Source: the human T2T-CHM13v2.0 reference genome, Homo sapiens
Length of the DNA: 64,000 nt
Assembly: GCF_009914755.1 (NCBI RefSeq)
Contig: NC_060944.1
Reading direction: 5' to 3' (one strand)
Part shown: piece by piece, positions 15,820 to 27,688 of the stretch
Layout: each line of letters opens with the position of its first letter
How positions within the stretch are numbered: position 1 is the stretch's first letter
Position numbers and translations under genes: made by a program
The notes under the pieces: generated by a model
Seen by the model: the letters and a program-made list of their open reading frames with translations, nothing else
The model's database searches: none
Told to the model about the DNA's origin: nothing

Positions 15820-18800
15820 TGTCACTTGTTTCTAGTCAGGGCTCTCCCGAGATTGAGCATTCAGCCAGCTTGGCTTTGGTGGGTGGAAGTCCACATTGCT
15901 GAGCCCATGCACAACCTCCATCCCTGCCACCATGGCCACCTTGTTCATGAGCCTATTGGTGATGGCAGGGGGTGCTGGGGAAAGAGGCTGACTGGCATCC
16001 ACAGACTGGGTCATCCTATCCAGTTGATTATTAAAATCCTCCTGTGCTGAGGTCATCCTTTGATGAGCATTCACATAAAACACAAATATCATCATGCTTT
16101 TTGTTGCCCACTCAGAGGAATCTGTCCACATGCCTCTTCCCCAATTTCCTTCTAACTAATTTTCCAATTATGCTCCGTCCAAGTCCCTGACCATCAGTCA
16201 AGCCATTAGCTACAGCCCATGAATATATATATTATCACACATCTGGCCATTTCTCCTTCCAAGCAGAGTTCTTGTCTGGAGTTCTGCCCACAGGGAGGAT
16301 TTCCCTTCACCACTGTCCTTCCGGGATGTCCCAGAAAGGGGCTGTGGTGCTGCAGCCTCCACTTTCAGGTGGTGCCTGCCTATCATGCAGAACCATCTGT
16401 AAACCAGGCTAGAGTCTTCTCTTTCTCTTCTCTTTCCTTGATTGTAGGGAATTCCCCATGAGGCCATTAGTGTGTCTGGAAGAGGGAAGGCAGCTTAACA
16501 GGAATGGGAACCTTGGGCATCTGGTCCACTGCTTCATGTAACTTACTTGTGTCTTCAGAGCCTGCTGAGGCCTGATCTTGTATAGACCACTTCCATTGGT
16601 GATGGAGTGCAGCTGTGCATGCCTAAGTTTATGGCTTTCGGGGTCAGATAACACCCAGTTCATGATAGACAGCTCAGGGCGCATGGTGACTTGGTGGTCC
16701 ATGGTTAATTAAGTGTTCAGCCTGTACTAAGGCCCAGTGGCAGGCCAAGAGCTGCTCCTCAAAGTGAGAGCAGTCTTCTGAGGAAGATGGCAGGACTTCA
16801 CTCCAAAATCCTAACGGCCCGCACTGTGATTCACATAGAGGGGCCTGCTAAAGGCTCCACACAGTATCTCCATCTGCCACTGACACCTCAAGCAGCATAG
16901 GATCTGCTGGGTCGCGTGGCCCACCTGGCAGAGCAGCTTGTGCAGCAGCTGGACCTGTTTCAGAGCCTTGTCTTGTTCTGGGCCCCACTCAAAACTAGCA
17001 GCTCTTTTAGTTGCTTGGTACCTGGGCTGGAGTAGCAGCCCAAGTAATGAATACGTTGCCCCCCAAATCCAAAGAGGCCCACTAGGCATTGTGCTTCATT
17101 TTTGGTTGTAGGAGATGCCAGAAGAAACAACTTATCCTTAGAAGGGCTTAGAAGGGCTTAATCTTAGAAAGGTTGCTAGGGCCCTAGAAATTTCACTAAG
17201 GTAGGAGACCCTGAGTTTTTTGTTGGATTTATTTCCTAGCTCTGACACACAAATGTCTTATTAGTAAGTCTAGAGTATCTGCTCCTTCTTGTACGCTCAC
17301 TGGCTCTGATCAGCATCATGGCATCAATGTAATCGACCAGTGTGACATCTTGTGGCAGGAAACAGCAATCAGGATCCCTGAGAATGAAAGTGTGGGAGGG
17401 GGCTGGAGTACTGATACATCCTGAGGCAGGATAGTGCAGATGGACTGCTGGCCTTTCCAGCTGAAAACAAACTGCTTCGGGTGGTCTTTATTAGCAGGGA
17501 CAGAGGAAAAAATAACATTTGCCGGATCAATGGCTGTATACCAGGTACCAGGAGATGTGTTGATTTGCTCAAGCAATGAAACCACATCTGGCACAGAAGC
17601 CTGTGATTGTAGTTACCACCCAGTTAAGCCTATGCTTAATTGTCATTCTCCAAGATCCATCTCTCTCCTGCACAGGCCAACAGGAGAGATGAATGGGAAT
17701 GCAATGGGAATTGCCACCTCTGCATCCTTCAAATCTTTGATGGCAGCAGTAATCTCTGCCATTCCTCCAGTAATGTGGTATTGCTTTCGGTTTACTACTG
17801 GTGGGGGGTGGTTAGAGAAGGCACTAGTGTCTTCCACATGGTCTTTCTCATCATAATAGCCCTCACTATGTAGGTTAGGGAACCAATGTGGGGATTCTGC
17901 CATGTGCTGAACATGTCTTCAATTATGCATTCCAGAACTGGGGAAATAGCCATAGCATGGGCTCTGGGGCCATTGGACCCACTGTGAGATGGACCTGAGC
18001 TAAAACTCCACTGATCTCCTAACCTCCATAAGCCCCTATTCTGACTGGAGGGCCACAGTGACATATCAGGTCTCCTGGAATTAGTATCAGTTCAGAATCC
18101 GTATCCCGTAGTCTCAGAAAGGTCTGATTATTTCCTTTTTCCCAATGCACAGTAACCCTGGTAAAAAAAAAAAAAAAGCTGTAGATCCCTTTCGAGAAGG
18201 CTGGGAGAAATATTGACAGTATAAATGTTTGGGACTGTACTGGGGTTCTTTCTCAAAGGAAAGTGACGTCCCCTTCATTCAAGGGATTCTGGGTCTGTAA
18301 ACTGGCTCAAGTCTTTGAATTGATTGAGGGAGTGTGACTCCCTGTTTTTATGATTCAGGTTCGAATTTTGTTCACTTGACCTAGAACTTTTCTGCTTATT
18401 CAGATCAACGAGGAATTTAATGGGTATCCTATCCATTTCACTTCTAGGAACACCATGATCAACTAGCTGATGTCATGGGTATATGGGAGTCAGACTACTT
18501 GATTGCTGCCTTGACCATGCCGTCCATCAGTATAACCATTCTCACCTTGTCTTTGGTGGTGCCAAGAATGCTGCCTCTTGGTCTCTGTCACCCCAGGATG
18601 CAAATACTCCCACTGCGTTTAGGTTTCCCAACTGAGTGGCTGCCATTTTGGCCCAAAGAGAAGAGTGACCACAGAGGTCTTCAAAGATGCTGGGGTTCCC
18701 CCTCACAAATCTATTTCTCAAAGGAGTTGTAAAAGGGGAGTCTTCTGGGCCTTCCCAGTGGGGGAGTAGCCCTTAAATAACAAATTCACTCTAACACTCC

Positions 18801-19993
18801 AATCTCCTAAAGCCTTTCAATCCTTTTCTCTACATTAAACCAAAGCAGGCCAGGCATTTTCAATTCACTTACTATGCGTCATCATTTGATCCATGTTTCA
18901 GCCAACCAACGAGCCAAACGGCTAAAGCCCTTTCTAACTCTCTGAGCTGCAACATTAAATGCAGAATTTTTGCTTAGTGAGCCTATGTCAATAAATTCAA
19001 CTTGATCCAACTTTATGTTTCTTCCACCATTATATTATACAAAACCCTCAATATCTATTTTCACACATGTCCCCTAGATTTCTATTCACATAGATTAGAA
19101 AACCTGAGTAGCTCTTTAAGAGTTTAGCACATCTCCTCATGGGTCATACCCTGTACCTCACCTTGAGGGACCTGATGGGACTTGAGCCTAGGTATAGGCC
19201 TAGAAGCAAAGGGGGTGGGTCCTGAGAAGAATCAGTATTGTCTTCCTTCCAGGACAATTGTCATTACAGTTTCCTCAGGAAATGCAGAGTTAACTCCTGA
19301 GAGAGCGGGATGCACCTTTCACTGAAAATGGAAAGGCCTCTCCACTGGCAAAGAAGACCCATTAGAATTTAGGGGCTCAATGTCTCCAGTTTCATCAGAA
19401 TCTTCCCACATGTCCCCATTCTAACTTATAGGATCTCATTTTTTCCCAGTCAATGCCCTCACTTTAACAGTCAACCTCAGCAAGGCTGAGAGTTCAACTT
19501 ACATTCAGCCAATGGAAAGATGAGATTCTATGTTTGATTTTCAGCAATCTCAGCCTTGTGGCTTCAGGGAATACCAAGCAGCTTTCAGGTCATGTATGCA
19601 ACACTATTGAGCTGGGAATTCAAATCCTTGAGTTCATCTTTTACTTTCACCACTTTGTCCAGTGACATTAGGAACAACCAGCCAACCCCATTATATTTGT
19701 TAGATTTACAAAAACGTTTGGAAGTATTATATGCATGGTCACCCAGAACTTGTTTCTTACAACTGATTGATTAGCAGAACCCAAAGAAGATATTTTTCAT
19801 ATTGTTATTGCCAGATCACACCAGCTCTGGCACACACACAGACTACCAATGCTCTCTTTACTACTGGAAATACAGTCACTAACAGTCTTTAAATCTAATC
19901 ATATCAGAGAGCCAATTCCAGAAATTCCAGAACAAATGCAGAAAACTTATCCTTAAAATTTTATTCCTTTACAACCCCACTCCTGACAAAATC
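15820..19993 (-). mobile_element. ERV-L internal region (gag-pro-RT-RNase H-integrase N-terminus), heavily decayed and 3'-truncated
   Basis: Minus-strand remnants PDVVSLLEQINTSPGTWYTAID, LVDYIDAMML (YxDD site), WFTDGSA and HEQGGHGGRDGG; no integrase core or 3' LTR seen. Confidence 0.9.
19973..19988 (-). promoter_or_regulatory. Degenerate tRNA-Leu primer-binding site
   Basis: Plus strand AACCCCACTCCTGACA resembles a tRNA-Leu 3' end, 5 nt from the LTR boundary; the CCA-complementary part is missing. Confidence 0.65.
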
Positions 19994-20516
19994 TGTATTA
20001 ACCAGGGTTCTCCAGAGAAACAGAATCAATAGAAGTATAGAAAGACAGAGATAGAGACATATAAAAACATACATACATTTATTATAAAGAATTGGTTCAC
20101 ACAATTGTGGAGGCTCAGAAGTCCAGACCTAGGATAGCTGGATGGTATAAGTTCCAGTATAAGTCTGAAGCCCTGAGAACCAGGAGAGCCAATGGTGTAA
20201 GTTCCTCCACAAATCCAAAAATCAGGAGAGTCAATGGTGCAAGTTCCAGTCCAAGTCCAAAGGCAGGAGAAGACTGATGTCCCAGCTCAAAGAAAGGCAG
20301 AAAGAGAGAATTCTTTCTTACTCAGCCTCTTATTCTATTTAGGCCTTTAATGGATAGATGAGGCCCACTCACACTGGGGAGGGCAGTCTGTGTCACTGAG
20401 TCCACCAATTCCAATGGTGATCCCATCCAGAAATGCCCCCCAGACACACCAGAAATATTTAACCAAATATATGGCCACCCTATGGTTCAATTTGACACAT
20501 AAAATCAACCATCACA
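19994..20516 (-). mobile_element. MLT2-type 5' LTR of the ERV-L
   Basis: Minus strand starts TGTGATGGTTGATTTTATGTGTCAA and ends TCTCTGGAGAACCCTGGTTAATACA. Confidence 0.88.
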
Positions 20517-20690
20517 GCAAACATACACAGACTTACACACATGCATATAAGCACATATACATTCAGAAAATATTTACACACATTCACACTAGACAAAGAC
20601 AGACTTCTGGACACACATGCATATAGACACAGAGACACAAACACATTTACACACATCTACACACATATCATGTACACACGCACACATTTC
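20517..20690. repeat. Degenerate CA-rich low-complexity tract
   Basis: Seen directly. Confidence 0.8.
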
Positions 20691-21599
20691 CCCAGAACCC
20701 ATGACCATGTTACTGTAACAGTAGCCGCTCACTACCGTGGCATTTTATGACTTAACTGGGGCCACCATGTGCCTTTGTTTGCCTGGCAGGCCTCGGCATG
20801 GCAAGGCCAGAGAGTGTGAGCGACCATCACCCACATTCACAGATGGGAGGGCCTAGGCTGAGTGAAGCTGTAAGGACCGAGCCAAGTCCCACATCCACTC
20901 TGAGCTTCGTCCAGTGAGTCTGAAAGTGAGAAAAGCACATGACACTACCAGCAGCAGCAAGCAGTGACAACAATCTGCCCTCCCGGCTCCCTGGAGGGTA
21001 AAATCTGTTTCCCTGCCTGTGTTTGGTCATGGGCAAAGTCACCAATGCTGAGGCCCCTGAGGTCTTGCCTCTCCCTCTGCAGGAGTGAATCCCAGATGGG
21101 ACACATGAAATCAGGGCACAGAGGCCTGGAGAAGAGTCATCGCCCACAGCCCTGGTGCACAGTGGCCAAAAGCCAGAGGATTTGAGTTTCAGGACCAGCA
21201 GAGCAGGACAGGCAGAGCAATGGGGGACAGTCGCAGCAGCTGCTTTTTCCTGAATGCCACCTTCTACCATGTGCTAAATTCCTTTTCCTGGTAACAATCC
21301 TCACAACAAATCTCCAAGTAGGCAAAGACCTGAGAGGCCCTGAGAGATTATGTGGCTTGTTCAGTCCTGCAAACCCAGATCTCCCTGCCTGAAATCTGGT
21401 ATGACCCAGCAGGACCCACCTGGGGCACAGCTTCCCTGGGATGGTGTTAAAATGAAGGTTCTGACTCTGACTCTGATGGCCGGTCAAGCAGCTCCTCCCG
21501 CCATGACCTTCAAGGCCCAGGTGTCTCCCTCTCCTTCCCACTGCCTACACCACCCAGTTCAGAAGAGGGTACAGGAACTCGCCTGAGGCTGAAGCCATA

Positions 21600-21780
21600 A
21601 CTGCCAGCTCTATTCCAAGCCCTGAGCATTTACACTGAGGAAGTCTGCAAATCCTCACCACAGCTTCTAGGGGGAAACTGAGGTTGGGAGGGACTCTTCC
21701 TTGGCTAAGGTCACCGAGGTGTTGGGAGGCAGAACAAGGGTTTTGATGCAGGCCACCTGGCTCCAGGGCCCCACCCCAAC
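21600..21780 (-). mobile_element. MIR fragment
   Basis: GGGGAAACTGAGG...GCTAAGGTCAC core. Confidence 0.55.
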
Positions 21781-22153
21781 CATGGGCTGAGCATGGAAAT
21801 GAATGCTTAGGCCAGGAAACCAGAACCTCTGGGTTCTTTCCTCCTGGGCTGCATACTGTTCTTTCCCCTCTTTTATAGAATTTGAGCCAAAGATGGAAAG
21901 TGATCAATTGCTTCATCAGCAAACCCTGCTCATCTGTTTTCCAGGTGCAGAAATCACCAAAGGCAGGGGGAGGACACGTGCTGAGATGTTCATCCTCGGA
22001 AGCTGCAGTCAGGACCTACCTTCCCATGGAGTTGCCACAGCCAGATGCCCACTCACCCCATAGGGAGAGAGAGCCTCCTGCCTGGGGCCACTTGGAACAC
22101 CAGAAGTTTGGGCAGGAGGGGTGTACAGTTTGGAGAAGAAAATCAAGTGATTT

Positions 22154-25100
22154 CTCAAAACTGGTTATTCTAGTTAGCAATTCATCTAACTTTTTTTTTT
22201 TTGACCTGATGTTGTTGAAAAACACAGCATGAGAACTTTGTGAAGCATACACAAGTATCATAGCCAAATCAATCAAGTGGAAGAAAGGATATCAGAAATT
22301 GAGGATCAACTTAATGAAATAAAGCAAGAAGACAAGATGAGAGCAAAAGGAATGAAAAGGAATAAACAAAGCCTCCAAGAAATATGGGACTATGTGAAAA
22401 GACCAAATCTACATTTGATTGGTGTACCTGAAAGTGACAGGGAGAATGGAACCAAGCTGGAAAACACTCTTCAGGATATTATCCAGGATAACTGCCCCAA
22501 CCTAGCAAGACAGGCCAACATTCAAATTCAGGAAATATAGACAACACCACAAAGATACTCCTTGAGAACAGCAGCCCCAAGACACATAATCATCAGATTC
22601 ACCAAGCTTGAAATGAAGGAAAAATGTTAAGGGCAGCCAGAGAGAAAGGTTGGGTTACCCACAAAGGAAAACCCATCAGACTAACAGCAGATCTCTCTGC
22701 AGAAACCCTACAAGCCAGAAGACAGTGGGGGCCAATATTCAACATTCTTAAAGAAAAGAATTTTCAACCCAGAATTGCATATCCAGCCAAACTAAGCTTC
22801 ATAAGTGAAGGAGAAATAAAATCCTTTACAGACAAGCAAATGCTGGGAGATTTTGTCACCACCAGGCCTGCCTTACAAGAGCTCCTGAAGGAAGCACTAA
22901 ACATGGAAAGGAACAGCTGGTACCAGCCACTGCAAAAACATATCAAATTGTAAAGACCATTGACACGATGAAGAAACTGCATCAACTCATGGGCAAAATA
23001 ACCAGCTAGCATCATAATGACAAGATCAAAATCATAATAATAATATTAACCATAAATGTAAATGGGCTAAATGCCCCAATTAAAAGACACAGACTGGCAA
23101 ATTGAATGGAGTCAAGACTCATTGGTGTGCTGTGTTCAGGAGACCCATCTCACATGCGAAGACACAAATAGGCTCAAAATAAATACATGGAGGAATATTT
23201 ACCAAGCAAATGGAAACCAAAAACAAAGCAAGGGTTGCAATCCTAGTCTCTGATAAAACAGACTTCAAACCAACAAAGATCAAAAACGACAAAGAAGGGT
23301 ATTACATAATGGTAAAGGTATTAATTCAACAAGAAGAACTAACTATCCTAAATATACATGCACCCAATACAGAAGCACCTACATTCATAAAGCAAGTTCT
23401 TAGAGACCTACAAAGAGACCTACACTCCCACACAATAATAATGGGAGATTTTAACACCCTGTCAATATTATAACAATGAGACAGAAAATTAATAAGGATA
23501 TTCAGGATTTGAACTAAGCTCTGGACCATGCAGACCTAATAGACATCTACAGAACTCTCCACCCCAAATCAACAGAATATACATTCTTCTCAGCATCTCA
23601 TTGCACTTATTCTAAAATTGACCACATAATTGGAAGTAAAACACTCCTCAGCAAATACTAAAGAATGGAAGTCATAACAAACAGTCTCTCAGACCACAGT
23701 GCAATCAAATTAGAACTCAGGATTAAGAAACTCACTCAAACCTGAACAACTACATGGAAACTGAACAACCTGCTCCTGAATGACTACTGCGTACATAATG
23801 AAATTAAGGCAGAAATAAAGATGTTCTCTGAAACCAATCAGAACAAAGACACAATGTACCAGAATCTCTAGGACACATTTATAGCAGTGTGTAGAGGGAA
23901 ATTTATAGCACTAAATGCCCACAAGAGAAAGCAGGAAAGATCTAAAATTGACACCCTAACATCACAAGTAAAAGAACTAAAGAAGCATGAGCAAACAAAT
24001 TCAAAAGCTAGCAGAAGACAAGAAATAACTAAGATCAGAGCAGAACTGAAAGTGATAGAGACATGAAAAACCTTTCAAAAAATCAATGAATCAAGGAGCT
24101 GGTGTTTTGAAGAGATCAACAAAATAGATAGACCACTAGCAAGACTAATAAAGAAGAAAAGAGAGAAGAATCAAATAGATGCAATAAAAAATGATAAAGG
24201 GGATATCACCAGTGATCCCATAGAAATACAAACTACCATCAGAGAATACTGTAAATGCCTCTAAACTAATAAACTAGAAAATCTAGAAGAAATGGGTAAA
24301 TTCCTGGACACACACACCCTCCCAAGTCTAAACCAGGAAGAAGTCGAATCCCTGAATCGATCAATAACAAGTTCTGAAATTGAGGCAGTAATTAATAGCC
24401 TACCAACCAAAAAAAAGTCCAGGACCAGATGGATTCACAGCTGAATTCTACCAGAGGTACAAAGAGGCGCTGCTACCATTCCTTCTGAAACTATTCCAAA
24501 CAAGAGAAAAAGAGGGAATCCTCCCTAACTCATTTTATGAGGCCAGCATCATCCTAATACCAAAACCTGGCAGAAACACAACAAAAAGAAAATTTCAGGC
24601 CAATATCCCTGATGTCCCATCAATGTGAAAATCCTCAATAAAATATGGCAAACTGAATCCAGCAGCACATCAAAACTTATCCACCATGATCAAGTCAGCT
24701 TCATACCTGGAATGCAAGGCTGGTTCAACATATGCAAATCAATAAACGTAATCCAGCATATAAACAGAACCAATGAGAAAAACCACATGATTATCTTAAT
24801 AGATGCAGAAAAGGCCTTCAACAAAATTCAACACCCCTTCATGCTAAAAACTCTGAATAAAGTAGGTTTTGATGAACTGTATCTTAAAATAATAAGAGCT
24901 ATTTATGACAAACCCACAGCCAATATCATACTGAATGGACAAAAACTTGAAGCATTCCCTTTGAAAACTGGCACAAGACTAGGATGCCCTCTCTCACCAC
25001 TCCTATTCAACATAGTGTTGGAAGTTCTGGCCAGGGCAATTAGGCAGGAGATGGAAATAAAGAGTATTCAAATAGGAAAAGAGGGAGTCAAATTGTCTCT

Positions 25101-27022
25101 GTTTGCAGATGACATGACTGTATATTTAGAAAACCCCATCATCTCAGCCCAAAATCTCCACAAGCTGATAAGCAACTTCAGCAAAGTCTCAGGATACAAA
25201 ATCAATGTGCAAAAATCACAAACATTCCTATACACCAATAATAGACAAACAGAGAGTGAAATTATAAGTGAACTCCCATTCACAATTGCTACAAAGAGAA
25301 TAAAATACCTAGGAATACAACTTACAAGGGATGTGAAGGACCTCTTCAAGGAGAACTACAAACCACTGTTCAAGGAAATAAGAGAGGATACAAATAAATG
25401 GAAAAACATTCCATGCTCATGGATAGGAAGAATCAATGTTGTGAAAATGGCCATACTGCCCAAAGTAATTTATAGATTCAGTGATATCCCCCATCAAGCT
25501 ATCATTGACTTTCTTCACAGAATTGGAAAAAACTACTTTAAAGTTCATAGGGAACCAAAAAAGAGCCTGCATAGCCAAGACAATCCTAAGCAAAAAGAAC
25601 AAAGCTGGAGGCATCATGCTATCTGACTTCAAACCATACTACAAGCCTACAGTAACCAAAACAGCATGGTACTGGTACCAAAACAGATATATAGACCAAT
25701 GGAACAGAACAGAAGCCCAGAAATAACACCACACATCAACAACCACCTGATCTTTGACAAACCTGACTAAAACAACCAATGGGGAAAGGATTCCCTATTT
25801 AATAAATGGTGTTGGGAAAACTGGCTAGCCATTTGCAGAAAACTGAAACTGGACCCCTTCCTTACACCTTATACAAAAATTAACTCAACATGGATTAAGG
25901 ACTTAAGACCTAAAACCATAAAAACCCTAGAAGAAAACCTAGGCAGTACCATTCAGGACATAGGCATGGGCAAAGACTTCATGACTAAAACACCAAAAGG
26001 AATAGCAACAAAAGCCAAAATTGATAAATGGGACCTAATTAAACTAATGAACTTCCACACAGCAAAAGAAACTGTCATCAGAGTGAACAGGCAACCTACA
26101 GAATGGGAGAAAATTTTTGCAATATATCCATTTGACAAAGAGCTAATGTCGAGAATCTACAAGGAACTTAAACAATTGACAAGAAAAAAACAACCCCATC
26201 AAAAATTGGGTGAAGGATATGAACAGACACTAAAAAGAAGACATTTATGCAGCCAAGAAACATATGAAAAAACGCTCATCATCACTGGTCATTAGAGAAA
26301 TGCAAATCAAAACCACAATGAGGTACCATCTCATGCCAGTTAGAATGGTGATCGTTAAAAAGTCAGGAAGCAACAGATGCTGGAGAGGATGTGGAGAAAT
26401 AGGAACGCTTTTACACTGTTGGTGGGAGTGTAAATTAGTTCAACCATTGTGGAAGACAGTGTGGTGATTCCTCAAGGATCTAGAACCAGAAATACCATTT
26501 GACCCAGCAATTTCATTACTGGGTATATACTCAAAAATCATTCTACTATAAAGACACATGCACACGTATGTTTATTGCAGCACTAGTCACAATAGCAAAG
26601 ACTTGGAACCAACCCAAATGCCCATCAATGGTAGACTGGATAAAGAAAATGTGGCACATATACACCATGGAATACTATGCAGCCATAAAAAAGATGAGTT
26701 CATGTCCTTTGCAGGGACATGGATGAAGCTGGAAACCATCATTCTCAGCAAACTAACACAAGAACAGAAAACCAAACACCGCATGTTCTCATTCATAGGT
26801 GGGAGTTGAACAATGAGAACACATGGACACAGGGAGGGGAACATCACACACCAAGGACTATCTGGGGATCCGGGGCCAGGGGAGGGATAGCATTTGGAGA
26901 AATACCTAATGTAGATGATGGGTTGATGGGTGCAGCAAACCACCATGGCACGTGTATACCTATGTAACAAACCTGCATGTTCTGCACATGTACCCCAGAA
27001 CTTAAGTAATTAAAAGAAAAAG
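22154..27022 (+). mobile_element. LINE-1, L1PA7/8-like, 5'-truncated in ORF1 with a short 5' inversion; defective
   Basis: Fragmented ORF1/ORF2 (KRPNLHLIGVPE, GDFN, LFADD); 3'UTR and short A-tail; TSD GAAAATCAAGTGATTT at 22138-22153 and 27023-27038. Confidence 0.96.
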
Positions 27023-27039
27023 GAAAATCAAGTGATTTT

Positions 27040-27340
27040 GCTTTTGAAAATTCCTGCTAATGTTTTTCATGCAACATCTCTTTCGTGTGTGGCTCAGGGG
27101 TAGAACATTGCATCAGGATTTGCTCATGGGTCTCATGTCTCTTCCTCCTCCCCCAGCAAATGACGGCTGCTCGGAAACTTTTATAAAGGAAGCGGTTGCT
27201 TTGTGGCTGATAGATCTGAAGGTGAAGAGCTTCTGGCCAAAATGATTCAGCAGCAAAACACTCCCCTCCCCAGCACCACGCAGACAGCCCCCTAGCCCCG
27301 CCCCTGCCCCGTCCCACAGTGGTTTGCAGGGTGGGGTTCC
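27040..27340 (+). promoter_or_regulatory. CST7: Probable CST7 proximal promoter
   Basis: Lies between the L1 TSD and the CST7 leader; TATAAA 27182-27187, overlapping ETS/RUNX-like AGGAAGCGGTT 27187-27197, GC box near 27296. Motif-level evidence only; TSS not determinable. Confidence 0.45.
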
Positions 27341-27387
27341 ATGCTGTGGCCCTGGCACCTGCCCCTGGGCTGGGACAGCCCACTGTT

Positions 27388-27605
27388 CCATGCTGCCCAA
27401 GAAGGCTCAGCACAGGCACAAACTATTGCCCGGCACTGGCCCGTGCTGCCTGAGAAGGATTGGCACGGGCACAGACCACTGCCCCCACCTGCCCTGCGCC
27501 ATCTACCCAAGAAGGCTCGGCACGGGCACCAACCACTGCCTCCAACTGCCCCATGCTGCCTAAGAAGGCACTGCACGGCCACCCCCAACTGCCCCGCACT
27601 GTCCC
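27388..27605 (+). repeat. Diverged ~55-bp tandem repeat (4 copies) upstream of the CST7 ATG
   Basis: Unit CCRTGCTGCCYRAGAAGG...GCACRGGCAC...ACTGCC; an even more diverged fifth copy at ~27338-27387. Confidence 0.85.
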
Positions 27606-27618
27606 TACCCGGGCAGCC

Positions 27619-27688
27619 ATGCGAGCGGCTGGAACTCTGCTGGCCTTCTGCTGCCTGGTCTTGAGCACCACTGGGGGCCCTTCCCCAG
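27619..27688 (+). CDS. CST7: Cystatin F exon 1 (signal peptide)
   Basis: GCAGCCATGC start; MRAAGTLLAFCCLVLSTTGGPSP; donor CAG|GTAAGT; 70 nt. Confidence 0.97.
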
